In this document: piece after piece, positions 30,101 to 42,580 of the stretch | How the letters are laid out: every line of letters begins with the position of its first letter | Position numbering within the stretch: position 1 is the stretch's first letter | Source of the DNA: Eledone cirrhosa | Lineage: Eukaryota | Direction: 5' to 3' | DNA length: 64,000 bases | Assembly (NCBI GenBank): GCA_964016885.1 | Contig: OZ024740.1 | Span: 201,314,001-201,378,000, forward strand | The notes under the pieces: generated by a model | Seen by the model: the letters and a program-made list of their open reading frames with translations, nothing else | Told to the model about the DNA's origin: nothing | The model's database searches: none | Position numbers and translations under genes: made by a program

Positions 30101-32062
30101 TCAAAGAGATAAGATTTACTATCAAAGAGATAAGATCTACTATCAAAGAGATAAGATCTACTATCAAAGAGATAAGATCTACTATCAAAGAGATAAGACC
30201 TACTATCAAAGAGATAAGATTTACTATCAAAGAGATAAGATCTACTATCAAAGAGATAAGATCTACTATCAAAGAGATAAGATCGACTATCAAAGAGATA
30301 AGATCTACTATCAAAGAGATAAAATCTGCTATCAAAGAGATAAAATCTACTATCAAAGAGATAAGACCTACTATCAAAGAGATAAGATCTACTATCAAAG
30401 AGATAATATTTACTATCAAAGAGATAAGACCTACTATCAAAGAGATAAGATCTACTATCAAAGAGATAAGACCTACTATCAAAGAGATAAGATCTACTAC
30501 CAAAGAGATAAGATCTACTATCAAAGAGATAAGACCTACTATCAAAGAGATAAGACCTACTATCAAAGAGATAAGATCTACTATCAAAGAGATAAGACCT
30601 ACTATCAAAGAGATAAGATCTACTATCAAAGAGATAAGACCTACTATCAAAGAGATAAGATCTACTATCAAAGAGATAAGATCTACTATCAAAGAGATAA
30701 GACCTACTATCAAAGAGATAAGATTTACTATCAAAGAGATAAGATCTACTATCAAAGAGATAAGATCTACTATCAAAGAGATAAGATCGACTATCAAAGA
30801 GATAAGATCTACTATCAAAGAGATAAAATCTGCTATCAAAGAGATAAAATCTACTATCAAAGAGATAAGACCTACTATCAAAGAGATAAGATCTACTATC
30901 AAAGAGATAATATTTACTATCAAAGAGATAAGACCTACTATCAAAGAGATAAGATCTACTATCAAAGAGATAAGACCTACTATCAAAGAGATAAGATCTA
31001 CTACCAAAGAGATAAGATCTACTATCAAAGAGATAAGACCTACTATCAAAGAGATAAGACCTACTATCAAAGAGATAAGATCTACTATCAAAGAGATAAG
31101 ACCTACTATCAAAGAGATAAGATCTACTATCAAAGAGATAAGACCTACTATCAAAGAGATAAGATCTACTATCAAAGAGATAAGATCTACTATCAAAGAG
31201 ATAAGACCTACTATCAAAGAGATAAGATCTACTATCAAAGAGATAAGATCTACTACCAAAGAGATAAGATCTACTATCAAAGAGATAAGATCTACTATCA
31301 AAGAGATAAGATCTACTATCAAAGAGATAAGATCTACTATCAAAGAGATAAGATTTACTATCAAAGAGATAAGATCTACTATCAAAGAGATAAGACCTAC
31401 TATCAAAGAGATAAGATCTACTATCAAAGAGATAAGATCTACTATCAAAGAGATAAAATCTACTATCAAAGAGATAAAATCTACTATCAAAGAGATAAGA
31501 CCTACTATCAAAGAGATAAGATCTACTATCAAAGAGATAAGATCTACTATCGAAGAGATAAGATTTACTATCAAAGAGATAAGATCTACTATCAAAGAGA
31601 TAAGACCTACTATCAAAGAGATAAGATCTACTATCAAAGAGATAAGACCTACTATCAAAGAGATAAGATCTACTACCAAAGAGATAAGATCTACTATCAA
31701 AGAGATAAGACCTACTATCAAAGAGAAAGGACCTACTATCAAAGAGATAAGATCTACTATCAAAGAGATAAGATCTACTATCAAAGAGATAAGATCTACT
31801 ACCAAAGAGATAAGATCTACTATCAAAGAGATAAGATCTACTATCAAAGAGATAAGATCTACTATCAAAGAGATAAGATCTACTATCAAAGAGATAAAAT
31901 CTACTATCAAAGAGATAAGACCTACTATCAAAGAGATAAGATCTACTATCAAAGAGATAATACCTACTATCAAAGAGATAAGACCTACTATCAAAGAGAT
32001 AAGATCTACTATCAAAGAGATAAGATCTACTACCAAAGAGATAAGACCTACTATCAAAGAGA
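18157..32062. repeat. 21-bp minisatellite/satellite, ~660 copies (GAGATAAGATCTACTATCAAA)
   Basis: Continuous 21-bp period with TCT/CCT/TTT and other variants. Single-base indels near 18749 and 26985. Confidence 0.98.
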
Positions 32063-32930
32063 GAAACATAGGGGAAGTTCCCGGTTTGGCTGGAATACCT
32101 GTTTAGGGGGAGACAATGTTGCTATGGCCATTCATGGGCTAGTCTTATCTGTATGGCATGGTGAGCCTGTCCCACAAGAGTGTGTAGATGTATTTTGCTC
32201 TCGATCTACAAGGGCAAGGACTCCATGTCTGAATGCTGTAATTATCGTGATATAAGTCTGCTCGAATCGGTAGGAAAAGTCTTATCCAAGTACTTGCTGA
32301 ATCGTCTGCGAAAATAGATCTGCCCTAGTGCCAGCTTTGTGTATCTCGGAAGTACATTTAGTAGAGATGGTACCCTCGATGCTGAAATAGATTACAGGAT
32401 TGCGAAAGCGAATCTTACTTTCTGGAATCTTGAGAAGCAAGTCTGGTCAAATCGGGATATCACGAGAAGTACAATGCTCTCTGTGAATGAGGCCTATATT
32501 CTTACAGCACTGCTATTTGGATGCGAAACGTAGACAACTTACAGGCAACATATCAGGGAGCTGGAAAGGTTTCATCAGTATTGTATTTGACGCATCCTGA
32601 ACATCAAGTGGTCCTCTTACACACCCGATGCTATTGTACTTGAGAAAGTGGGCAACACCAGTATTGAGAGGGGGATTGTTGTGAGCCAGATACGTTGAAC
32701 TGGACATGTCAGGATGGAAGATGGAAGGCTGCCTAAACAGTTATTTAATGGGGAGTTGACCAGAGGAAAAAGACCACAGCATAACCCAAAGGTGGGTTAG
32801 GGATGTCTGAAAAGACAATCTTAAAGCTCTGAAGACTGATATGGAGAATTGGGAGAGCTGGATGAAGGCCTTACATCACTAGGAATGATCATCAAGTATG
32901 GATGTGATGTCTTTGAGAAAATTGTTCATT
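32063..32930 (+). pseudogene. RTE-clade LINE ORF remnant (right part; RT core deleted)
   Basis: NIGEVPGLAGIP (GKAPG.DGIP), YRDISLLESVGKV, then a jump to YLGSTFSRDGTLDAEIDYRIAKA...LLFGCET and GHVRMEDGRLPKQL. Confidence 0.85.
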
Positions 32931-32970
32931 GAAGAAATGGCACTCTTCTGACAATCAGCATGTATGTATG

Positions 32971-33680
32971 TTCTTCTGGTTTTATAATTTCACAAATTTG
33001 CCAATAGAGAGAGAGTCGGTTTCTAACATAGATACAAGACTCTCTCATTGGAATTTACACATGAACTATGTAGATATGTATGCATGTCTGTATGCATGCA
33101 TGTGTGTGCAGGTATGGATGTCATTGTATGTGTGGATGTGGATGTTTTGAGTTGTATGTGTGCATGTGTATATGCTTTGTATCTGTACATGTGTATATGC
33201 AGTTATTAGATGCAAAATGTTTGGAATGTTTTACATATTTTTACTGTTCTATTAACGGATTGTACTTGTAATTTCTATTGAGGCAGTTACTAACATACCC
33301 CAGTGCCCCAATAATCACAGGCATAAATCTGAAGGTGTAATCAGGGTGGAGTATCCGCAGATTTCTCATCAGTTCTGCATAAATATTCTCCTTTTCACTA
33401 ATCTTTGATATTATATTGGCATCTGCTGGGCAGCTAATTTCCACTACTGTGCATGCCTTCTTCTCCCTGTCCCATATTATATCTGGTCTGTTATGCCTGC
33501 ATTTTATTGGGGTTTTTACTGGAACATTCCACCAGTACTCTTTCATATTATGTATATGGATGTCTTCCACATTACTGTAGCTTTTAATGTGTTTATTATC
33601 GGGGCTATCTTTTCTACGGATTGCATTGAACACTGTTTTGGCCACTATATCATGCCTCATAGGTAGATAGTACCGGGATG
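32971..33680 (-). mobile_element. 5'-truncated RLE-type non-LTR retrotransposon (R4/Dong- or NeSL-like), endonuclease domain plus 3' UTR
   Basis: ORF 33241-33660: RHD ... HNRPDII ... VVEISCP ... KISEKENIY ... PVIIGALG. The 3' end ...AAAACCAGAAGAA abuts CATACATAC. Confidence 0.85.
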
Positions 33681-35287
33681 TATGTATGCCACTACATCAT
33701 GCCTCATAGGTAGATAGTACCCCGATGTATGTATGCCACTATATCATGCCTCATAGGTAGATAGTACCGGGATGTATGTATGCCACTACATCATGCCTCA
33801 TAGGTAGATAGTACCCCGATGTATGTATGCCACTACATCATGCCACATAGGTAGATAGTACCCCGATGTATGTATGCCACTACATCATGCCTCATAGGTA
33901 GATAATACCGCGATGTATGTATGCCACTACATCATGCCACATAGGTAGATAGTACCGCGATGTATGTATGCCACTACATCATGCCACATAGGTAGATAGT
34001 ACTGCGATGTATGTATGCCACTACATCATGTCTCATAGGTAGATAATACCACGATGTATGTATGCCACTACATCATGCCTCATAGGTAGATAGTACCCCG
34101 ATGTATGTATGCCACTACATCATGCCACATAGGTAGATAGTACCCCGATGTATGTATGCCACTACATCATGCCTCATAGGTAGATAATACCGCGATGTAT
34201 GTATGCCACTACATCATGCCACATAGGTAGATAGTACCGCGATGTATGTATGCCACTACATCATGCCACATAGGTAGATAGTACTGCGATGTATGTATGC
34301 CACTACATCATGTCTCATAGGTAGATAATACCACGATGTATGTATGCCACTACATCATGCCTCATAGGTAGATAGTACCCCGATGTATGTATGCCACTAC
34401 ATCATGTCACATAGGTAGATAGTACCCCGATGTATGTATGCCACTACATCATGCCTCATAGGTAGATAGTACCCCGATGTATGTATGCCACTACATCATG
34501 CCTCATAGGTAGATAGTACCCCGATGTATGTATGCCACTACATCATGCCACATAGGTAGATAGTACCGCGATGTATGTATGCCACTACATCATGCCACAT
34601 AGGTAGATAATACCACGATGTATGTATGCCACTACATCATGCCTCATAGGTAGATAGTACCGCGATGTATGTATGCCACTACATCATGTCTCATAGGTAG
34701 ATAGTACCGGGATGTATGTATGCCACTACATCATGCCTCATAGGTAGATAGTACCGGGATGTATGTATGCCACTACATCATGCCTCATAGGTAGATAGTA
34801 CCCCGATGTATGTATGCCACTACATCATGTCACATAGGTAGATAATACCACGATGTATGTATGCCACTACATCATGCCTCATAGGTAGATAGTACCCCGA
34901 TGTATGTATGCCACTACATCATGCCTCATAGGTAGATAGTACCCCGATGTATGTATGCCACTACATCATGCCACATAGGTAGATAGTACCGCGATGTATG
35001 TATGCCACTACATCATGTCTCATAGGTAGATAGTACCGCGATGTATGTATGCCACTACACCATGCCACATAGGTAGATAGTACCGCGATGTATGTATGCC
35101 ACTACATCATGTCTCATAGGTAGATAGTACCGCGATGTATGTATGCCACTACATCATGCCTCATAGGTAGATAGTACCGCGATGTATGTATGCCACTACA
35201 CCATGTCACATAGGTAGATAGTACCGCGATGTATGTATGCCACTACATCATGCCTCATAGGTAGATAGTACCGCGATGTATGTATGT
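33641..35287. repeat. 47-bp minisatellite, ~35 copies
   Basis: Unit GCCACTACATCATGCCTCATAGGTAGATAGTACCCCGATGTATGTAT, period 47 (e.g. 33661 to 33708). Confidence 0.97.
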
Positions 35288-35318
35288 ATGTATGTATGTG
35301 TGTATGTGTGTATGTATG

Positions 35319-35387
35319 TTCTTCTGGTTTTATAATTTCACAAAGTTTTACCAATAGAGAGAGAGTCGGTTTCTAACATAGACACAA
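35319..35387 (-). mobile_element. Second, extremely truncated 3' end of the same RLE element
   Basis: Near-identical to 32971-33037 and embedded in (TATG)n. Confidence 0.8.
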
Positions 35388-35840
35388 TGTATGTGTGTAT
35401 GTATGTATGTACGTATGTATGTATGAGTGTATGTACGTGTGTATGTATGTGTATATGTGTGTATGTGTGTATGCGTGTATGTATGTACGTATGTATGTGT
35501 GTATGTGTGTATGTATGTATGTGTGTATGTGTGTATGTGCGTATGCGTGTATGTATGTATGAAACTGGGATAACTCCGACATAAAACCTGCGGCCCAGTA
35601 GTTACCGATGATGTTGATCTTTTTTTCTTTTCGGGTTATAGCTACTGTCGCTCAGAGAGTGGGATTGGCTCAGTGCACAGTCTTTCCTCACGTTAAAAAA
35701 AAATCTGCACGCACAGGCATTGCACGATGACATTAATTGATAATTATTAATAATGTTATATCATGCAATGGCCATACTCGATAACGAGGGGGCAGTCATC
35801 ATCATCATGTAAGTGTGTATATATGTATGTGTGTGTATGT

Positions 35841-35886
<46 letters not shown>

Positions 35887-35969
35887 GTGTATGTATGTAT
35901 GTATGTATGTGTGTGTCTATGTGTGTATGTATGTATGGGTGTATGTGTGTATCTATGTATGTATATACG

Positions 35970-36040
<71 letters not shown>

Positions 36041-36107
36041 AAGGTTTAGTAAATAATGAAAAAGTTTCAAAATAAATTTTAAAAAATTGACTTTACCTAC
36101 TATAGTT

Positions 36108-36191
36108 ACCTTTACCGATCGGTTTCGAATCCCAAAAATAAAACGGAGACCATACGGCCTTCGTTGCAAAGAAAGATTCTCGTCAGAAGGT
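36108..36191 (-). ncRNA. Type I hammerhead ribozyme within a (TA)n-flanked element (36036-36310)
   Basis: Minus strand: ACCTT-CTGACGA-GAATC...GATTC-GAAAC-CGATCG-GTA-AAGGT. Palindromic stem III ACCGATCGGT, GUA triplet. Confidence 0.85.
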
Positions 36192-36306
36192 TCTTTTCAT
36201 TCAAAGAATATAAAATTCCTGAATTTAAATCACAAACTAGCGCTATCAAAAACTGTTCCTGAGATGAGAGTGGATGATGTAGAACAGGTTTATCAAGGGC
36301 CGTAGC

Positions 36307-36339
<33 letters not shown>

Positions 36340-36413
36340 AGATAAATCTACGATCGTTAAATAGTGAACTTTTTTTGTTTAATATAAGGAATTGTTTGTT
36401 CATTATTTGTTTA

Positions 36414-36464
<51 letters not shown>

Positions 36465-36784
36465 GTAGCATCTATCGGTAACAACACGAATCAACCAATA
36501 AAAAGCTGTCATGTTCTTCACTCTTGCTGTATCTCTGAAGTACCAAAATCTCAGGTGGACATTGCGACGTGGTCCCGGGGGACAGGACTGTAAAAGTGTT
36601 ACCATGAGATCTGGTTAATATGATGAAAAAGAATAAAGTTTTAATGTTAAAGTTGTATAGGGTGACCTTGTTATAGTAGGTGGTTATTATGGTGGTAGAT
36701 GTGAAGGACGGGGAGGAGGGGAAGGTAGGGGACAGGGTGAGCGTGTGAGTGGGAGGAGGTTGAGAGTCTTGAAAAGAGTTTCAT

Positions 36785-37040
36785 TCACACTCTCTCCCTC
36801 ACACTCTCTCTCTCACCCTCTCTCTCTCACCCTCTCTCTCACGCTTTCTTTCTCTCACCCTCTCCCTCACCCTCTCTCTCTCTCACCCTCTCTCTCTCAC
36901 CCTCTCTCTCTCACCCTCTCTCCCTCACCCTCTCTCTCTCACCCTCTCTCTCTCACCCTCTCTCTCTCATCCTCTCTCCCTCACCCTCTATCCCTCACCC
37001 TCTCTCTCACCCTCTCATGTCCCCACTTTCCTTCACCCTC
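36785..37040. repeat. CT-rich degenerate minisatellite (CTCTCTCACC-like)
   Basis: Directly visible. Confidence 0.9.
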
Positions 37041-37134
37041 TGTCCATTGTATTCTATTTTTTTGTGCATGAGCACCCCCCCCCCCCGCCCCAGAAAAGGA
37101 CTCCCGAAGTCTAAATCCAACCCTGGATATAGAA

Positions 37135-40100
37135 GGGTGTTGTGGTGTAGTGGTGTAGCAGTAGTGGTGTTGTGGTGTAGTGGTGTAGTGGTGTAGTGGT
37201 GTAGTGGTGTTGTGGTGTAGTGGTGTTGTGGTGTAGTGGTGTTGTGGTGTTGTGGTGTAGTGGTGTAGCAGTAGTGGTGTTGTGGTGTAGTGGTGTAGTG
37301 GTGTAGTGGTGTAGTGGTGTTGTGGTGTAGTGGTGTTGTGGTGTAGTGGTGTTGTGGTGTTGTGGTGTAGTGGTGTAGTGGTGTTGTGGTGTAGTGGTGT
37401 TGTGGTGTAGTGGTGTTGTGGTGTTGTGGTGTAGTGGTGTAGTGGTGTTGTGGTGTAGTGGTGTAGTGGTGTAGTGGTGTAGTGGTGTTGTGGTGTAGTG
37501 GTGTTGTGGTGTTGTGGTGTAGTGGTGTAGTGGTGTTGTGGTGTAGTGGTGTAGCAGTAGTGGTGTTGTGGTGTAGTGGTGTAGTGGTGTAGTGGTGTAG
37601 TGGTGTTGTGGTGTAGTGGTGTAGTGGTGTAGAGGTGGCGGTATAGTGGTGTAGTGGTGTAGTGGTGTTGTGGTGTTGTGGTGTAGTGGTGTAGTGGTGT
37701 AGTGGTGTTGTGGTGTAGTGGTGTTGTGGTGTAGTGGTGTAGTGGTGTAGTGGTGTAGTGGTGTAGAGGTGGGGGTATAGTGGTGTAGTGGTGTAGTGGT
37801 GTTGTGGTGTTGTGGTGTAGTGGTGTAGTGGTGTAGTGGTGTAGAGGTGGGGGTATAGTGGTGTAGTGGTGTAGTGGTGTTGTGGTGTTGTGGTGTAGTG
37901 GTGTAGTGGTGTAGTGGTGTTGTGGTGTAGTGGTGTTGTGGTGTAGTGGTGTAGTGGTGTAGTGGTGTAGAGGTGGGGGTATAGTGGTGTAGTGGTGTAG
38001 TGGTGTTGTGGTGTTGTGGTGTAGTGGTGTAGTGGTGTAGTGGTGTAGTGGTGTAGTGGTGTTGTGGTGTAGTGGTGTAGTGGTGTAGTGGTGTAGTGGT
38101 GTAGAGGTTGGGGTATAGTGGTGTAGTGGTGTAGTGGTGTTGTGGTGTTGTGGTGTAGTGGTGTAGTGGTGTAGAGGTGGGGGTATAGTGGTGTAGTGGT
38201 GTAGTGGTGTTGTGGTGTTGTGGTGTAGTGGTGTAGTGGTGTAGTGGTGTTGTGGTGTAGTGGTGTTGTGGTGTAGTGGTGTAGTGGTGTAGTGGTGTAG
38301 TGGTGTAGAGGTGGGGGTATAGTGGTGTAGTGGTGTTGTGGTGTTGTGGTGTTGTGGTGTAGTGGTGTAGTGGTGTAGTGGTGTAGTGGTGTAGTGGTGT
38401 AGTGGTGTTGTGGTGTAGTGGTGTAGTGGTGTAGTGGTGTAGAGGTGGGGGTATAGTGGTGTAGTGGTGTAGTGGTGTTGTGGTGTTGTGGTGTAGTGGT
38501 GTAGTGGTGTAGTGGTGTAGAGGTGGGGGTATAGTGGTGTAGTGGTGTAGTGGTGTTGTGGTGTTGTGGTGTAGTGGTGTAGTGGTGTAGTGGTGTAGTG
38601 GTGTAGTGGTGTAGTGGTGTTGTGGTGTAGTGGTGTAGTGGTGTAGTGGTGTAGTGGTGTAGTGGTGTAGAGGTGGGGGTATAGTGGTGTAGTGGTGTAG
38701 AGGTGTTGTGGTGTAGTGGTGTAGTGGTGTAGTGGTGTAGTGGTGTTGTGGTGTAGTGGTGTAGTGGTGTAGTGGTGTAGTGGTGTTGTGGTGTAGTGGT
38801 GTAGTGGTGTAGTGGTGTTGTGGTGTAGTGGTGTAGTGGTGTAGTGGTGTAGTGGTGTAGAGGCGGGGGTATAGTGGTGTAGTGGTGTAGTGGTGTTGTG
38901 GTGTTGTGGTGTAGTGGTGTAGTGGTGTAGTGGTGTAGAGGTGGGGGTATAGTGGTGTAGTGGTGTAGTGGTGTTGTGGTGTTGTGGTGTAGTGGTGTAG
39001 TGGTGTAGTGGTGTAGTGGTGTAGTGGTGTGGTGGTGTAGTGGTGTAGCAGTAGTGGTGTTGTGGTGTTGTGGTGTAGTGATGTAGTGGTGTAGTGGTGT
39101 TGTGGTGTAATGGTGTAGTGGTGTTGTGGTGTAGTGGTGTAGTGGTGTTGTGGTGTTGTGGTGTAGTGGTGTAGTGGTGTAGTGGTGTAGCAGTAGTAGT
39201 GTAGTGGTGTAGTGGTGTTGTGGTGTAGTGGTGTAGTGGTGTTGTGGTGTTGTGGTGTAGTGATGTAGTGGTGTAGTGGTGTTGTGGTGTAATGGTGTAG
39301 TGGTGTTGTGGTGTAGTGGTGTAGTGGTGTTGTGGTGTTGTGGTGTAGTGGTGTAGTGGTGTAGTGGTGTAGCAGTAGTAGTGTAGTGGTGTAGTGGTGT
39401 TGTGGTGTAGTGGTGTAGTGGTGTTGTGGTGTTGTGGTGTAGTGGTGTAGTGGTGTAGTGGTGTAGTGGTGTTGTGGTGTAGTGGTGTTGTGGTGTAGTG
39501 GTGTAGTGGTGTAGAGGTGGGGGTATAGTGGTGTAGTGGTGTGGTGGTGTAGTGGTGTAGTGCTGGTGTAGTGCTGTAGCAGTAGTGTTGTAGTGGTGTA
39601 GTGGTGTAGAGGTGGGGGTATAGTGCTGTAGTGGTGTGGTGGTGTAGTGCTGTAGCAGTAGTGGTGTAGTGGTGTAGTGGTGTAGTGGTGTAGAGGTGGG
39701 GGTATAGTGGTGTAGTGGTGTGGTGGTGTAGTGGTGTAGTGGTGGTGTAGTGCTGTAGCAGTAGTGTTGTAGTGGTGTAGTGGTGTAGAGGTGGGGGTAT
39801 AGTGCTGTAGTGGTGTGGTGGTGTAGTGCTGTAGCAGTAGTGGTGTAGTGGTGTAGAGGTGGGGGTATAGTGCTGTAGTGGTGTGGTGGTGTAGTGCTGT
39901 AGCAGTAGTGGTGTAGTGGTGTAGAGGTGGGGGTATAGTGCTGTAGTGGTGTGGTGGTGTAGTGCTGTAGCAGTAGTGGTGTAGTGGTGTAGAGGTGGGG
40001 GTATAGTGCTGTAGTGGTGTGGTGGTGTAGTGCTGTAGCAGTAGTGGTGTAGTGGTGTAGAGGTGGGGGTATAGTGCTGTAGTGGTGTGGTGGTGTAGTG

Positions 40101-40380
40101 CTGTAGCAGTAGTGGTGTAGTGGTGTAGAGGTGGGGGTATAGTGCTGTAGTGGTGTGGTGGTGTAGTGCTGTAGCAGTAGTGGTGTAGTGGTGTAGAGGT
40201 GGGGTATAGTGCTGTAGTGGTGTGGTGGTGTAGTGCTGTAGCAGTAGTGGTGTAGTGGTGTAGTGGTGTAGTGGTGTAGAGGTGGGGATATAGTGGTGTA
40301 GTGGTGTAGTGGTGTAGTTGTGTATAGGTGGGGGTATAGTGGTGTTGTGGTGTAGCTGTAGGGTGTAGAGGTGGTGTAGT
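37135..40380. repeat. 8-bp satellite (GTAGTGGT/GTTGTGGT)n with a 68-bp higher-order segment at ~39780-40250
   Basis: 8-bp period. GAGGTGGGGGTAT recurs at 39788, 39856, 39924, 39992, etc. Confidence 0.95.
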
Positions 40381-40459
40381 TTAATTAATGAAATAATTAA
40401 ATCGATGCTTGCAACCACAAAGATAAGGAAAATGTGAGAATTGTGTGAAATATAATGTT

Positions 40460-41945
40460 ATTGTTGTTGTTGGTGGTGGTAGTGGTGGTGGTGGTGGTGG
40501 TGGTAGTGGTGGTGGTGGTGATAGTGGTAAGTTGGTGGTGGTTGCAGTGGTGGTGGTGGTGGTGGTGGTGGTGGTGGTAGTGGTGGTGGTATTAGTGGTA
40601 AGTTGGTGGTGGTTGCAGTGGTGGTGGTGGTGGTGGTGGTGGTGGTGGTGGTGGTGGTGGCTGTGGTAGTACTAAGGGTGGTGTTGGTGTTGGTGATGTT
40701 AGTGGCTGTGGTAGTAGTGATAGTGCTGGTGATGGTGGTGGTGATGTTGGTGCTGGTGGTGGTGGGGTAGTGGTGGTGGGGTGATGGTGGTGGGCTGATG
40801 GTGGTGATGGTGGTGGGATGGTAGTGGTGGTGGTGGTGGTGGTGGTGGTGGTGGTGGTAGTGTTGGTTGTATGGTAAGGGTGGTAGTGGTTGCAGTGGTG
40901 GTGGTGGTATGGTAAGGGTGGTAGTGGTTGCAGTGGTGATGGTGGCTGTGGTAGTAGTAAGGGTGGTGGTGGTGTTGGTGATGGTAGTGGCTGTGGTAGT
41001 AGTGATAGTGTTGGTGGTGGTGATGGTGGTAGTAATGGTGGTGATAGTGGTGGTGGTGGTGATAGTGGTGGTGATGGTAGTGGTGGTGGTGGTGATGGTA
41101 GTGGTGATGATGGTGGTGGTGATAGTGGTGGTGGTCGTGATAGTAGGGGTAGTGTTGGTGGTGGTGGTGGTGGTAGCGGTAGTGGTGGTGGTGGCGGTGG
41201 TAGTGGTGGTTGTGGTGCTAGTGGAGGTAGTAGTGATGGTGGTGGTAGTGGAGCTAGTATTGATGGTGGTAGTGGTAGTGGTGGTGGTAGTTGTGGTAGT
41301 AGTGGTAGTTATGGAGGTGGTGATGGTAGTGGTAGTAGTGACGGTGGTAGTGGTGGTGGTAGTGGTGGAAGTGGTGGTGGTGATGGTAGTGGTAGTAGTG
41401 ATGGTGGTAGTGGTGGTGGTAGTGGTGGTAGTGGTGGAAGTGGTGGTGGTAGTGGGGGTGGTAGTAGTTGTAGTGGTGGTAGTGGTGGTAGTGGAGGTAG
41501 TGTGGTGGTAGTGGTGGTAGTGGAGGTGATGATGGTAGTGGTGGAGGTGGTAGTGGAGGTGGTAGTGGTGGTAGTGGAGGTAGTGGAGGTAGTGGTGGTG
41601 GTAGTGGTGGTGGTAGTAGTGATGGTGGTAGTGGTGGTGGTAGTGGTGGTAGTAGTGCTGGTAGTGGTGGTGGAAGTGGGGGTGGTAGTGGTGGTAGTAG
41701 TGGTGGTAGTTGTGGTGGTAGTGGTGGTGGTAGTCGTGGTAGTGGAGGTGGTAGTGGTGGTGGTGGTGGTTTTGGTAGTGGTGGTAGTGGTGGTGGTAGT
41801 GATGGTGGTGGTGGTGGTGGTAGTGGTGGTAGTGGTGGTAGTGGTGGTGGTAGTGGTGGTGGTAGTGGTGGTAGTGGTGGTGGTAGTGGTAGTAGTGGTG
41901 GTGGAAGTGGTGATGGTAGTGGTGGTGGCAGTGGAGGTAGTGGTG
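40460..41945. repeat. Degenerate (GGT/AGT)n trinucleotide low-complexity tract
   Basis: Directly visible; source of the poly-V/G/T/H/P ORFs. Confidence 0.95.
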
Positions 41946-42270
41946 GGATGCCACTTGCAGCGACACTTTCTCCAGCCACAACCTGGTGCAGTCTGCGACT
42001 AACCCAGGTTCTGCTGCATGTCGGGCTGAGGAGGCCAAACTCTACAAGTAACGGTCGTTTTCCGACGGGTTCGCGGTCGTGCCCTTGGCAGTGGAGACTT
42101 CTGGTGTTCTTGGCTCTAGGACTACCTCCCTACTCACCAGGTGAGAGCCTCGCGAGTTGGAATGGCTCTTCCAGCGCATCTCCCTTACTATCCTCCGGGG
42201 AAACGCCTTCTCCATTCTGTCCGACGGGGTTGTGGGGAGGCCACCACTTGGGACCCCATGTGCTCACCAT
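41943..42270 (+). pseudogene. 3' fragment of CRE-like RLE non-LTR retrotransposon
   Basis: WDATCSDTFSSHNLVQSATNPGSAACRAEEAKLYK*...VVPLAVETSGVLG. Paralogue of 5883-6175. Confidence 0.75.
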
Positions 42271-42580
42271 ACAAAGAGATGGGGAGGGCGAGAGAGATGG
42301 AGGCGATGACAGTGGGAGTTCGTCTGTTCGTTCAAGTTTACTTAAACCACAAACAATTGCGACTACATTTTAAACCTTGTAATAATAAGCCATGCGACGC
42401 ACTGTCATAGAAAAACATGTTTTATTATGAAAATAGCATTTAATTATGAAAATAGCATTTAATACATTATGGATCAAATTGATGTCAGGTCAGGTTTCTG
42501 CCTGGTACCGAGCAACCTACTACAACCTGATTCATGATCGAGTGGTCGGTGACTAAACCGGCTTATTTTATAATCTAGAG

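Noticed and set aside
18021-32069. Giant ORFs (2950, 2644, 1698 aa) of TIKEIRS / LISLIVD / SYLFDSR heptads
   Set aside because: The 21-bp unit is stop-free in four of six frames, so long ORFs are automatic. Frameshifts (18749, ~26985) and TAG variants (28195, 30022) are tolerated, and the host LINE is dead.
18157-35287. CRISPR-like appearance of the regular arrays
   Set aside because: Units are head-to-tail with no unique spacers, there are no cas genes, and the context is eukaryotic.
36530-36625. CTGAAGT followed by a long ACCA...TGGT stem
   Set aside because: Core is mutated and no GAAA follows; cannot be called a ribozyme.
36981-42038. 1145-aa His/Thr-rich and poly-V/G/P ORFs
   Set aside because: Translations of an 8-bp satellite and a GGT/AGT microsatellite; no splice or codon evidence.
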